From positions 1 to 64,000 of the forward strand of contig CAVYAN010000101.1 of NCBI GenBank assembly GCA_963766075.1: a stretch of 64,000 bases of DNA. The letters are read 5' to 3'. This stretch comes from an uncultured cyanobacterium (GTDB lineage Bacteria > Cyanobacteriota > Cyanobacteriia > Leptolyngbyales > Leptolyngbyaceae). A model generated the notes under the pieces. It made no database searches and had not been told where the DNA came from. It was given only the letters and a program-made list of their open reading frames with translations. The position numbers and the translations under genes are program-made. Shown one piece after another: positions 42,701-52,777 of this stretch; position 1 is the stretch's first letter, and each line of letters begins with the position of its first letter.

Positions 42701-43162
42701 CCACAGAATTTATATGATGGAATGATTATTTACTTATTTAGCCTCTTAAAAAATGAAGCCGAGAGTGGAATCTCGCAGCCATAGGCAGTTTTCACCTTGT
42801 TGTCCCAACTTTACAAAGATAAAGGTACCAGTTTTCACTGAACCCACGAGCAGGGAAAATACAGAATTTATGTGTAGTTTACGATTTGCGTTACTTCTCT
42901 TAATGCAGGCCTTACAAAATGCCCCGCCACCCCGGCAGGCTGCTGAAATTTTATTTGTCGAATAGAATTACTGCCCTGGGTAGGCGGGTGCATGGGCGAT
43001 ATGGGTCCATTTGAATCTCTGCCCATACTTGCCTGGGTGCGCGTCCTGAGCGATTTCCCCACGATCGCTCCCGTGCCATGCCATAATAATCGCCCAGTTC
43101 CGTTAAACGCGCGCCTCTTATATATCCCTATCTCAATTACCCCTGTCTCAATTTCTTTGAAA

Positions 43163-44254
43163 ATGCCTCAAGACATGATTCAAGCCCCTGCCTCTCCTGC
43201 TGCGATCGCCGGTCGCGTCATTACCAATCTGGACTTTGACATTGAAGAGCTGAGCTTTGATCTACCTGATCCCGACGATAAAACGATCTCTGAGCCAGAC
43301 TTTCAGCAAAAAATCGAACGGGCATGGCAGGTGTGCGATCGCTTCGATTTGCAAAATGAAATTTGGCGGGGACGGATTTTGCGGGCAGTCCGCGATCGTG
43401 AAAAGTCCTACGGAGACGGGCGCGGCACCGGATTTCTCAACTGGCTGAAGGACCGAGACATCAGCAAAACCCGCGCCTATGCGCTAATTGAATTGGCTAC
43501 GGGGGCCGATCAACTGCTGGGGGATGGCTATCTTGAACAGGAAGATGTCAACCAATTCAGCAAGCAAGCCTTTATTGAAACCGCTAAGGCGGCCCCGGAA
43601 ATCCAGCAGGTAATTGGTGATGCGGCCAAGCGGGGCGATCGCATCACCCGCCGCGAAGTCCGCCAAATTGCCGACGAATGGACCGCCATGTCCTCGGAAC
43701 TCCTGCCCCACAGCGTGCGTGAAAAGGCCGCCGACCAAACCATTCCCATGCGCTATGTCGCGCCCTTTGTCCGTGAAGTCCAGAAATTGCCGGAGGTGCA
43801 TCAAGATCCCCTGCGAGAAGCAGTCTCCGAAACGCCGGATATTGATACCCTGAAGCAAGTGACCGCCGAAGCGCGCTATTTGGCGAAATACCTGGAAGCG
43901 GCGGGCAATGTCCAGGCCCTAGACAATCCTTCTCTGAATTTGGAAATGGCCTTGGAAGAAGCGCTCCGCCTGGGATGTCTCAGTTCCACCGCGGATTTGG
44001 TCAATCAGGCGGCGAACCTCGAACAATTGCTCGTGAAACTTTACATGACCTGGCGGCGGGTCACTAGTTTGTCGGAGCGTGTGTATCTGGATAGTGGTTC
44101 CAGCACACCCCATCTGCGGACCCTGCTCAGTTGCCTGCACAATCTCTCCGGCAACGTGCTGGAAACGCCCTTGACCAGCGGTGGCGATCGCACCGTGCGC
44201 CTACAAATTCTCACTGCCGAAGCGGATGATGAAATCCCGGTGGACATTGAGTAG
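43163..44254 (+). CDS. Conserved cyanobacterial hypothetical protein
   Basis: Long ORF with host-like composition (AWQVCDRFDLQNEIWRGRILRAVRDREK). Confidence 0.75.
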   Translation: MPQDMIQAPASPAAIAGRVITNLDFDIEELSFDLPDPDDKTISEPDFQQKIERAWQVCDRFDLQNEIWRGRILRAVRDREKSYGDGRGTGFLNWLKDRDISKTRAYALIELATGADQLLGDGYLEQEDVNQFSKQAFIETAKAAPEIQQVIGDAAKRGDRITRREVRQIADEWTAMSSELLPHSVREKAADQTIPMRYVAPFVREVQKLPEVHQDPLREAVSETPDIDTLKQVTAEARYLAKYLEAAGNVQALDNPSLNLEMALEEALRLGCLSSTADLVNQAANLEQLLVKLYMTWRRVTSLSERVYLDSGSSTPHLRTLLSCLHNLSGNVLETPLTSGGDRTVRLQILTAEADDEIPVDIE

Positions 44255-44283
44255 CGAGCATCCCTGGTGGAGATGAGGCGGCT

Positions 44284-45285
44284 ATGAGCAAACACAGGGC
44301 AGGAGCAAAGAAAACTGTGGGTTTCCGAAAACGTGGGAGCCCGGGGGGTTGGCTAGGGCGGGGCTCCATTCGCATGACGATACTGTTGGCGGTTCTCCTA
44401 GTTGCTCTACTCATGACCCTGAGCTGGCTCAGCGGGCGGAGCGGGCAACTTTCTTCCATGCCGATACGGGCAGCCGCCACACCCGGTTCTGGCAGTCAAC
44501 CTCCACGGCTGGACTATCGCCGGGTTCAGCACTCTCAGGCAGTGGTTCATGTCCTGACTATTCCCCAGGACGGGCGTTACCTGGTCCGGCCTCAGGTGAT
44601 GGCGGCCCTGCAAACGGTCGAGCAAGTGGCCCAAGCATCCGGGGCGATCGCCGTTCTCAATGGCGGCTACTTTGACCCCAGCAATCAAAAATCCACGGCC
44701 TTTGTCACCCGTGATGGCTTCACGGTGGCCGATCCCCGCACCAATGAAGGCGTGATTGCAAACGACAGTCTGAAGCCTGAACTCGATAAAATTCTGAACC
44801 GTTCGGAATTTCGACGTTACCAGTGCGGGGCGATCGCCCGCTATGCCATTGCCCGCCACCAAGATTCCCCCCCGACTGGATGTCAACTTGTGGATGCCTT
44901 AGGAGGCGGACCACAACTGTTGCCCGTCCTCACCGCAGAGGCGGAAAGTTTTTGGGGTCTGCGCCCCGGCCAGGAGGTCCGGGATCCCATTGGCCTGAAT
45001 CAACCCAATGCGCGATCGGCCATTGGTATCACCCGCGATGGTGCGATGCTCTGGGTGATGGTGGCTCAAGCCCTGCCAACCCAAGCCGGCCTGTCTGTTC
45101 CAGCGCTGGCTAGGCTGATGGCTGACCTGGGCGCTGTAGAGGCCATGAATTTGGATGGCGGTAGTTCATCGGCGTTGTTCTACACGGGCGATACCTTTTA
45201 CGGCAAGGTAGACGATGCTGGACAGCGGGTCAAACGAGCGGTGAAATCGGTATTGGTGCTCACCCGAGGGCCGGCATCGTTGTAA
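44284..45285 (+). CDS. Phosphodiester glycosidase (NAGPA/DUF2233) family protein; start uncertain
   Basis: NGGYFD, GGGPQL, NARSAIG, AMNLDGGSSS. Confidence 0.85.
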   Translation: MSKHRAGAKKTVGFRKRGSPGGWLGRGSIRMTILLAVLLVALLMTLSWLSGRSGQLSSMPIRAAATPGSGSQPPRLDYRRVQHSQAVVHVLTIPQDGRYLVRPQVMAALQTVEQVAQASGAIAVLNGGYFDPSNQKSTAFVTRDGFTVADPRTNEGVIANDSLKPELDKILNRSEFRRYQCGAIARYAIARHQDSPPTGCQLVDALGGGPQLLPVLTAEAESFWGLRPGQEVRDPIGLNQPNARSAIGITRDGAMLWVMVAQALPTQAGLSVPALARLMADLGAVEAMNLDGGSSSALFYTGDTFYGKVDDAGQRVKRAVKSVLVLTRGPASL

Positions 45286-45500
45286 TGAGCGTTGTGATGA
45301 GTTATTGCAAAATTCCGTAGATCCCAGGGTTTCTGGCCAAATCAGTTTAGAATTTCCGCAGTCGAATTCGTGTCTTTGCCGATCATGGCCCAGTCTGATA
45401 ATTTCAGAGGTAGCGGTTTGTCGGTGGCAAAGTGCTGATTCAACCCATTTTTCTCAAGCAAATTTCCCCCCAAGCAATAAATTATCCAGAGAAATAAAAC

Positions 45501-45623
45501 ATGGATGTGAAATTGATTTTGTTGGCATTCACCCCAGTCTTTGCGATCGCTTGCCTATTTTTTGGCACGCGCAACGGCTTTTACGACACTGATAAGTACC
45601 ACGGCAACGGCTCCGCCCATTAA
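45501..45623 (+). CDS. ndhP: NDH-1L complex small subunit NdhP (absent from the ORF track)
   Basis: Translates to MDVKLILLAFTPVFAIACLFFGTRNGFYDTDKYHGNGSAH, the NdhP signature. Confidence 0.93.
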   Translation: MDVKLILLAFTPVFAIACLFFGTRNGFYDTDKYHGNGSAH

Positions 45624-45638
45624 TTTGGTGGGACAGCC

Positions 45639-47327
45639 GTGAGTGAACTCGAATGTCTAACTTACGGTGTCGGTCATGCCGAAGAAGGGGTTTGCTTGCT
45701 GGTGCGCCTTGGCCCCTATCGCGTGCTTCTTGATTGCGGATTGGCAGATCTGACTCCTTTGATAGCCGAGCAGCAGGGCGATCCGCCTGCGGATATTGTG
45801 TTGTGCAGTCACGCCCATCCGGACCATGCGCGGGGGCTGTTGGCGTTGCACAGGGCATTTCCGCAATTGCCGATCTATGCCAGTGAAGTGACAGCTCATT
45901 TGCTGCCGTTGGTTTGGCAAGATTCTGAGCCAGGTTCAGATGAGCCTGGGTCGTCTGGGTCGGGTTTGCCTGGGTCGGGCTTGCCAGGGCGATCGCTATT
46001 TTGTCAGGCGCTACCGTGGCGTACGCCAGTGGAATTTCTGGATGGTTTGAGTGCCATTCTTTACCCGGCGGGGCATTTGCCCGGAGCGGCGGCGGTTTTG
46101 CTAACCTATACACCGCCTACGCCGCCCCGGAGGCCCTCTCAGAGTTATACAGTCTTCTACACGGGAGATTTTTTTCTGTCCAATTCGCGATTGGTGGAAG
46201 GGTTTCCCCTGGAGGAATTGCGAGGACTGGCACCCGATGTGCTGATTGTCGAAGGCAGTTATGGCACCACCCGACATCCTCATCGACGGCAACAGGAAAA
46301 TCAACTGGCCGAGCGGATTCACCGGGCGATCGCTCAAAACCAGTCTGTACTCCTGCCCACTCCAGCCTTGGGTCTGGCCCAGGAATTACTGTTGTTGCTG
46401 CGCAGTCACCACCATTTCACCGGACAAGATCTGGATATTTGGGTCGATGCCAGTATTGCGGCAGGGTGCGATGCCTACCTTGAGATTCTGCCTCATCTGC
46501 CCGCCACGGTGCAAAACTTTGCCCGTCACCAATCCCTATTTTGGGATGAAAAAGTGTGCCCTCGGGTGCGGCGGTTGCCCGGAGATCCTGACTTAAAGGC
46601 GTTATTCCTAGAAAGCCTGCGATCGCCCTGCATTCTACTGGCCGACATTACGGGCGATTTTAGTCCCTATCCCCTCGATGCCCTGGCGTCCTGGCTGATC
46701 CTCGCCCCCCAGGACGAACCGCCGCCTGCGCTCCCGCGTTCCCTGCCGCCAACCCCCTACTTTTTAGCCCAACATTGCGATGGTCCGGGTACAACTCAGC
46801 TGATCCATAATTTACGGCCCCAGCATGTGTTGTTTGTTCATGGCTCTCCTACCTATCTAACGGACCTCACGGGTTTGGAAGAGTTGCACAATCGGTATCA
46901 GTTGCATTTGCCTGCGGCCCTTAGTCTGGTGGAATTGCCGATCGGTGAAACCTTCCTGCAATCGATTGTGCCGGATATGAGCTACGAGGGCGAACTGGTG
47001 GAACTGGATACCCACGCGGTGATTCACTTGCCCGATGGCATTATGACGGATCCGCGTTGGCAAAAACTGGCGGACACTGGAATGATTGAGGCACGCTGGC
47101 AGGGGGATGAACTGGTGTTGCGCGGGATTAGTCCACAGGAACTGATTCGTGAACAGGGTAGCGATCGCCTGGTTGACTGGATGGATGCCAATTCCCCTTT
47201 ACGCCAATGCTGCGCCAATTGCCGCCACTATCGTGGGCAACGCTGCTGGAACCCCGACTCGCCCCTGTTTGAATTCAAGGTAACCGCCGAGGGATTCTGT
47301 CCTGTGTTTGAGGCGGCGCAAAGCTGA
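45639..47327 (+). CDS. MBL-fold (beta-CASP-like) metallo-hydrolase
   Basis: LLDCG, SHAHPDH, AGHLPGA, YTGD, EGSYG, VHG, and a C-terminal CxxC cluster. Confidence 0.85.
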   Translation: MSELECLTYGVGHAEEGVCLLVRLGPYRVLLDCGLADLTPLIAEQQGDPPADIVLCSHAHPDHARGLLALHRAFPQLPIYASEVTAHLLPLVWQDSEPGSDEPGSSGSGLPGSGLPGRSLFCQALPWRTPVEFLDGLSAILYPAGHLPGAAAVLLTYTPPTPPRRPSQSYTVFYTGDFFLSNSRLVEGFPLEELRGLAPDVLIVEGSYGTTRHPHRRQQENQLAERIHRAIAQNQSVLLPTPALGLAQELLLLLRSHHHFTGQDLDIWVDASIAAGCDAYLEILPHLPATVQNFARHQSLFWDEKVCPRVRRLPGDPDLKALFLESLRSPCILLADITGDFSPYPLDALASWLILAPQDEPPPALPRSLPPTPYFLAQHCDGPGTTQLIHNLRPQHVLFVHGSPTYLTDLTGLEELHNRYQLHLPAALSLVELPIGETFLQSIVPDMSYEGELVELDTHAVIHLPDGIMTDPRWQKLADTGMIEARWQGDELVLRGISPQELIREQGSDRLVDWMDANSPLRQCCANCRHYRGQRCWNPDSPLFEFKVTAEGFCPVFEAAQS

Positions 47328-47442
47328 ATTCATTAAAAACACGGTGTGTGCATAGCTGCATAGACTGCTTTCATACTCAAACTCGGACGGGTGATCAGAA
47401 TACCTGGCCCGCGTTTCAGTAGGCTGGCGCATGAATTCTGCC

Positions 47443-48195
47443 CTAGTTTAGCCGTGAGACTGGCAGTTCGATCACCACAGTCTGTAAGCCATCCGAATGA
47501 GGTTCACAGGCGATCGCCCCGCCCTGAACCTGGATCTGGCGGCAGCACAGCACAATTTCCGTGGCAAAGCTGCGATCGTCCCTGGGGGCAAACCGTTGAG
47601 CTGTCACCCGCAGGGTAATGTGATTGCCTTGGGATGATACATTAAGCTGGACCGGAGCCTCAGTATATTGCAACCCTCTCGCCAATAAATCCGTGAGCGC
47701 CGCTTCTGTTAAATTGCGGTCGGCCATCACAGGCGGTAGATCCGAGGGGATCGTACAGATCAAACGAGAAACATAGTCTGTCTGATCGGCATCAGCTTCA
47801 GCCGTGGTCCAGTGACGCGTCATCAATTGCAGTAGATCCTGTAAATCAAACGCTTCTAATTTAATATCAACCTTGCCCGCTTCCAGCTTTTGCAGCAGTA
47901 GGGTATCCGCCAACAGGTCACAAAGACTATGGATTTCCTGCTGCACAGCCTCTAAACGGGTTTGCCACAGGACGGGATCTGCCGGGGCGGTGGCTAACTG
48001 CTGCACAGAAAAGCCCATAGCGGTGAGCGATCGCCCTGCTCGCTGTTCTAAGGTGGCAATCACGGTCTGCTGGGCCGCCAAAAACTTTTGTAGCTTGGCA
48101 TTTTCCGCCTGCATTGCCTCTAGGACAGTAGGCTGGGGCATTGCCACCGGGGGAGCCGAGGACGGTAGCACGCTGGTGAGACTGGACTGAGACAT
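47443..48195 (-). CDS. Degenerate histidine-kinase-like protein
   Basis: LQKLEAGKVDIKLEAFDL and LPPVMADRN follow HisKA/HATPase spacing, but the H, N and G boxes are lost. Confidence 0.6.
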   Translation of the reverse strand: MSQSSLTSVLPSSAPPVAMPQPTVLEAMQAENAKLQKFLAAQQTVIATLEQRAGRSLTAMGFSVQQLATAPADPVLWQTRLEAVQQEIHSLCDLLADTLLLQKLEAGKVDIKLEAFDLQDLLQLMTRHWTTAEADADQTDYVSRLICTIPSDLPPVMADRNLTEAALTDLLARGLQYTEAPVQLNVSSQGNHITLRVTAQRFAPRDDRSFATEIVLCCRQIQVQGGAIACEPHSDGLQTVVIELPVSRLN

Positions 48196-48279
48196 AGCGC
48201 TCAAAAAAGACTTGTCTTAATTCATGAACATTTTTATGTAAATAATTGTAACAAGTTCTTGCCGACTTCTCCAAAACCT

Positions 48280-49263
48280 TTATTTTATCCCCGGATAGCG
48301 GGACTCCAAAGTGTGGGCTTCTGGAGCGAGAGATTCTGGCTTGAGGCTGGCCTGGGCGTTGCGCCGCAGCATCCAGGGTTTAATCCGGCGCAGCGCCGAT
48401 CCCGTAAACCGAGTTTCGTAGTCGGCGTCGGATAGGTCAGCCAGTTCTGTGAGGGTGGGAGCAATGTTCCACGGGCGCGGGTAGAAGTCCGGCAAATCTG
48501 TCGGTTGGGCAAAGCGCTGGTTCCAGGGGCACACGTCTTGGCAAATATCACAGCCTGCGACCCACCCCTGCAAATGGGGGGAGATCGCCGCGGGCAAGGT
48601 TTCTGCCCGATTTTCAATGGTGTGGTAGGCGATGCAGCGATTCGCGTCTACCACATAGGGCTGCGGAATCGCTCCCGTGGGACAGGCATCCAAGCAGCGA
48701 GTGCAGGTGCCACAGTGGGACAAATGGGGGCGATCGGGGTCCAATTCTAACGTCGTTAGCACCTCGCCCAAAAACACCCAAGATCCGTACTGCCGAGTGA
48801 TCACGTTGCCATTTTTAGCAATCCAGCCCAATCCCGCCTGCTGTGCCCAGACCTTATCCTGAATGGGGCCGGTATCGGCGTAGTAGCGCGATTGATGGTC
48901 GGGAGCCTGGGTCTGCAACCAGGCGGTGAGGGCTTTCAGCTTTTTGTGCAGGATGCGGTGATAGTCGCGGCCCCAACCGTAGCGGGAAATTTTGGCGGTG
49001 TTCGGATCGGATGGACGCTCTCCGGGGGCGTAATAATTCAGCGCGACACAAATGACGGACTGCACACCGGGCAACACTTGGGTAATATCCTGCCGCTTTG
49101 GGTTGGCCATCCAGTTCATTTCTGCCTGATAACCGAGATCTAACCATGTCGTTAGCGCTGCCTGTCCTATTGCGCGGGTTTGCGCGTTCACGGTGGCAAT
49201 TCCTACCTGGTGAAATCCAATTTCCAGGGCGTGTTGTTTGATTTGGGCTGACAAATCCATCAT
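48280..49263 (-). CDS. queG: Epoxyqueuosine reductase
   Basis: [46 protein letters not shown]. Confidence 0.95.
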   Translation of the reverse strand: MMDLSAQIKQHALEIGFHQVGIATVNAQTRAIGQAALTTWLDLGYQAEMNWMANPKRQDITQVLPGVQSVICVALNYYAPGERPSDPNTAKISRYGWGRDYHRILHKKLKALTAWLQTQAPDHQSRYYADTGPIQDKVWAQQAGLGWIAKNGNVITRQYGSWVFLGEVLTTLELDPDRPHLSHCGTCTRCLDACPTGAIPQPYVVDANRCIAYHTIENRAETLPAAISPHLQGWVAGCDICQDVCPWNQRFAQPTDLPDFYPRPWNIAPTLTELADLSDADYETRFTGSALRRIKPWMLRRNAQASLKPESLAPEAHTLESRYPGIK

Positions 49264-49325
49264 TCCATCCTTGGGATCTCAGGCCGAGATCACTCTGAAG
49301 GTGATCGATCCTGCGGCGTCGGTTG

Positions 49326-49604
49326 TCATGGCTGCAAGGGGGATTTGCGTTTGAAGAGGGGTGACATACTCAGTCCAGTGACCAGCAGTCCGATCAGGCC
49401 CAGGCCGTTGAGCAGGGGATAAATGGCTTCAAGATGGAAGATCTCGCCTGTGTGCAACTTGAGTAACAGGCTGCGGGAGAGGCCGATCTTGAGGGACCAT
49501 TCTCCTACTAGGGTCGTGGCCATGCCGGTCAACACCGTGAGGGCAAGGGGTAAACAAACCGCGATCGCCAAAGTCCGATGATATTTCCGAAGGGCACGTT
49601 TCAT
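49326..49604 (-). CDS. Small PepSY-associated TM-helix protein
   Basis: RKYHRTL..LTG and LLKLHTGE..LVTG motifs. Confidence 0.72.
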   Translation of the reverse strand: MKRALRKYHRTLAIAVCLPLALTVLTGMATTLVGEWSLKIGLSRSLLLKLHTGEIFHLEAIYPLLNGLGLIGLLVTGLSMSPLFKRKSPLQP

Positions 49605-49808
49605 AGGAGACTTTCCGTAAGATGTTCAAGGGAGATTCAGTCTTGGTAGGTCAGCGTAATGACCCTCTTTTCAGATGCGTTACACCCAAATGTGTGATGC
49701 TCAAACGCACTTTTCTAGAATAGGACAAGGCCAGTAAAGAACTGGTAAATCTCTCCAGCACCTGCCGGCTCACGCGCATTCCTGCCAAGCGCATTCCCGC
49801 TAAGCGCG

Positions 49809-51275
49809 CTATGCCAAGCGGGGTAAGGTGACTTGAAAGCAACTGCCGAGGCCCAGTTGACTCTTGACCGTGATGCTGCCGTGATGGGCCTCGATAATAG
49901 TTTGCCCGATCGCCAGTCCCAATCCCGTACCGCCCGCTGGCCGTGATCGCGATTCATCTGCCCGCCAAAACCGGTCAAACACATGGGGTAACTGTTCAGT
50001 GGCAATACCAATACCCGTATCGCTGACGTGGACAATCGCGATCGCCGACTGTTGGGCCAGAGTCACCTGAATGCGCCCGCCCTGAGGGGTGTATTTAATC
50101 CCATTATCCAGGAGATTGGCAAACACCCGCTGCAATTGGTTGGCATCCCCGTATACCCAGCTTTCACAGGGCAGATCGGCCTGGAGCTGTATGCCCGCAG
50201 CGGTGGCTCGGGGCTCAAAAAACTCGACCAAATCCTCTAGGATTTCGTGGAGTGGAATTTTAATCGCAGCATTCGAGGGCTGGGAACTCTGGGTGTCTGC
50301 CCGCGCCAACAGCAATAAGTCTTCAACTAAACGGCTGATTTGCTGAGTCGCTTGAGCCATGATGGTTAATTTTCGCAAATGTGTTGGATGCACCTGATCG
50401 GGATGGCTTTGCATGGCCTCCACCGCAATCTTCATCGCCGTAATGGGACTGCGTAATTCATGGGACGCATCAGCGGTAAATTGCTGTAGCTTCTCCATGT
50501 TCTGTTCAATGGGATGGAGCGATCGCCGGGTCAGCCACCAGCCTGTACCGCCGATGGATAGAGTGGCGATCGCGCCACCGACGCTCAATCCAATCAGCAA
50601 TCGCTGCAAATCCGCAGCCATGACCCCGGTCGGGGTGCTGACTCTGACGTAGCCCTGGAGGGCTGCACGCTGCTTCGTGTCAATCCGAATCGTCAGGGAA
50701 CGGATATCCCCGAGCTGTAACGGTTGAAATTGGGCGACGAATGGCCGCAACGGCAGAGAGTTACCCGCCCGCGCTAGGCGCTGCCCGTTGACGTCAAACC
50801 ATTCCACCATTTCTGAGCTTTTCATTACTGGGCTCTGGCGTAAATCTTGCCATGCCAAATCTAAATCTCCGTCTTGATCGATTTCGGGGGGCAGTCGATG
50901 ATTGGCGGCGGTGGGATTCTTTTGGATGGCGGGAAGATTGTGTCGGGCCGCTTCTGCAATGATCTTCAACTGCTGATCGAGTTCCTGAGATAGGCTGTAA
51001 GCAAAGAATTGATACACGGCGATCGCAGACAGGCCAATCACCAAAACCATGGCCCCCAAATAGGACAGCAGCAGTTTCAGACTGAGGGCCCGAAACTGCG
51101 ATGACTGATACGCTGTTGGGCGGGATATGGGCGATCGGCGCTGCTGTCTCGCAGAGTCCCGCACAGAGCCCCTCACAGAGCATGGCCCAGTCGCAGTGCC
51201 TTTTGCCCTGGGTCTAAGCCTAAGCCATTTGCTTAAGCCGATACCCCAAACCGTAAACCGTTTCGATAACGTCAT
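49809..51275 (-). CDS. Sensor histidine kinase; start uncertain
   Basis: Two TMs, FTADASHELRSP, NLLDNGIKY, DTGIGI, GTGLGL. Confidence 0.9.
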   Translation of the reverse strand: MTLSKRFTVWGIGLSKWLRLRPRAKGTATGPCSVRGSVRDSARQQRRSPISRPTAYQSSQFRALSLKLLLSYLGAMVLVIGLSAIAVYQFFAYSLSQELDQQLKIIAEAARHNLPAIQKNPTAANHRLPPEIDQDGDLDLAWQDLRQSPVMKSSEMVEWFDVNGQRLARAGNSLPLRPFVAQFQPLQLGDIRSLTIRIDTKQRAALQGYVRVSTPTGVMAADLQRLLIGLSVGGAIATLSIGGTGWWLTRRSLHPIEQNMEKLQQFTADASHELRSPITAMKIAVEAMQSHPDQVHPTHLRKLTIMAQATQQISRLVEDLLLLARADTQSSQPSNAAIKIPLHEILEDLVEFFEPRATAAGIQLQADLPCESWVYGDANQLQRVFANLLDNGIKYTPQGGRIQVTLAQQSAIAIVHVSDTGIGIATEQLPHVFDRFWRADESRSRPAGGTGLGLAIGQTIIEAHHGSITVKSQLGLGSCFQVTLPRLA

Positions 51276-51897
51276 CCCGGACTCCTGCTGCTTTGAGTTT
51301 TTGTCTCAGTCCCCGGAGATGAACTTTGATCGTCTCTTTACCCGGTGGATCCTCCGATGACCACAGATGGTCAAGAATGGCGTCGGGGCGTAGAAGTTGC
51401 CCCGGACTACGCAAAAAGAGCTCCAACAAACTGTACTCCTTGGGGGTGAGCGCCAGCAATTGCTGATCATAGGTCACCTCACAGGTGGCGGGATTTAAGT
51501 GCAGATCGCCCCACTCCAAAACAGGAAACGCGGCCACCCCACCCCGACGCAATAAAGCTCGCATGCGAGCCAACAGTTCTTTTAAGTCAAAGGGCTTGAC
51601 GACATAGTCATCGGCTCCAATGTCGAGGCTGGCCACCTTATCCACACTGGTATCCCGCGCGGTCAACATTAACACCGGCATGGCATACCCAGCCTGCCTT
51701 ATGTTCCGGCAAAGTCCGATGCCGTCAAGCTTGGGCAGCATGAGATCTAAAATCACTAAATCGTAGGGAAATGCCTGGATTAGGGCCCATCCGGCTTCGC
51801 CATCGATCGCCCAATCTACCGCATACCGCTGTTCTACCAGCACTTCAGCCAACGACTCGGCAATCCACGCATCATCCTCGACTAACAGAACCTTCAC
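51220..51897 (-). CDS. OmpR-family response regulator
   Basis: VEDD, LDLMLP, GADDYVVKPF, LTPKEYSLL, ETVYGLGY. Confidence 0.93.
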   Translation of the reverse strand: MKVLLVEDDAWIAESLAEVLVEQRYAVDWAIDGEAGWALIQAFPYDLVILDLMLPKLDGIGLCRNIRQAGYAMPVLMLTARDTSVDKVASLDIGADDYVVKPFDLKELLARMRALLRRGGVAAFPVLEWGDLHLNPATCEVTYDQQLLALTPKEYSLLELFLRSPGQLLRPDAILDHLWSSEDPPGKETIKVHLRGLRQKLKAAGVRDDVIETVYGLGYRLKQMA

Positions 51898-52070
51898 AAG
51901 TCTGTCCCCACTCTGTGTATGCCCGAATGTTATGCCCGAATGTTATGCCAAAATTTGGGAGGCTGATTCTTCAGGATGCATGCATTTTGCCAAACCTGGG
52001 GCCATCTTTCCCAGATCTTTACCCGTTATCACTGATCATAACGAAGGTTAAATTCGGATAGGAAACTTCT

Positions 52071-52535
52071 ATGAATCCATTGCAATCCTCATTAATTCTG
52101 GGTGCCGTCGTTTGGGGTTTAGCGAGCTGTAGTAGTCCTCAAGCCTCGACTCCAGACGCCTCGACTCCAGCCTCCTCCCCAGCAGCAACGGCCCCCAAGG
52201 CGTCTCCTAGCCCATCAGCCATGACGACAAAAGCGCCCGCCGGAGCAATGTCTGCCGCTTCTGCCGGCTTTACCGCGTTGCAGGGCGTGATTGCGCACAC
52301 TAAAACAGCGATTGAGGCTGGAAATTTTGTCCAAGGAAAAACCGAATTCGACAACTTTGAAACGTCCTGGAAAACCGTAGAGGACGGAGTGAAAGCCAAA
52401 TCAGGAGAGACCTACACCGCGATCGAAGACGGCATGGACAAAGTAACTGAGGGACTCAAGAGCAAAAATAAAGCAGACGTTTTAGCGGGACTGCAAGCCT
52501 TGGATAAAAGCGTGGCGATCGCGGCCAAGCCTTAA
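52071..52535 (+). CDS. Putative lipoprotein (helical C-terminal domain)
   Basis: Lipobox LASC, Pro/Ala/Ser linker, FETSWKTVEDGVK..YTAIE. Confidence 0.75.
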   Translation: MNPLQSSLILGAVVWGLASCSSPQASTPDASTPASSPAATAPKASPSPSAMTTKAPAGAMSAASAGFTALQGVIAHTKTAIEAGNFVQGKTEFDNFETSWKTVEDGVKAKSGETYTAIEDGMDKVTEGLKSKNKADVLAGLQALDKSVAIAAKP

Positions 52536-52634
52536 GCGACTGTTGTAAGCCCTCGGCGGCGAGTAGTCACAGGCCAAGTTCTCGCACCGCCACGGCACGC
52601 CCTCACAACATACCGTCACACAAACGGCCACTAC

Positions 52635-52672
52635 AAAAAAGGAGGCCTTGAGGGTTCTTCCCTCAAAGCCTC
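52635..52672 (-). terminator. Rho-independent terminator downstream of acnB
   Basis: The minus strand reads GAGGCTTTGAGGG-AAGAA-CCCTCAAGGCCTC followed by a T6 tract. Confidence 0.65.
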
Positions 52673-52777
52673 ATCGAAAAGCTCCATCTAAAACTATGGA
52701 CAGACAAGTCAAGGCTAACGTTGATGACATTTTCTAAGGATGGCGTTTTCCCAGCGTTCGATGCTGGCCCCTGAGGC

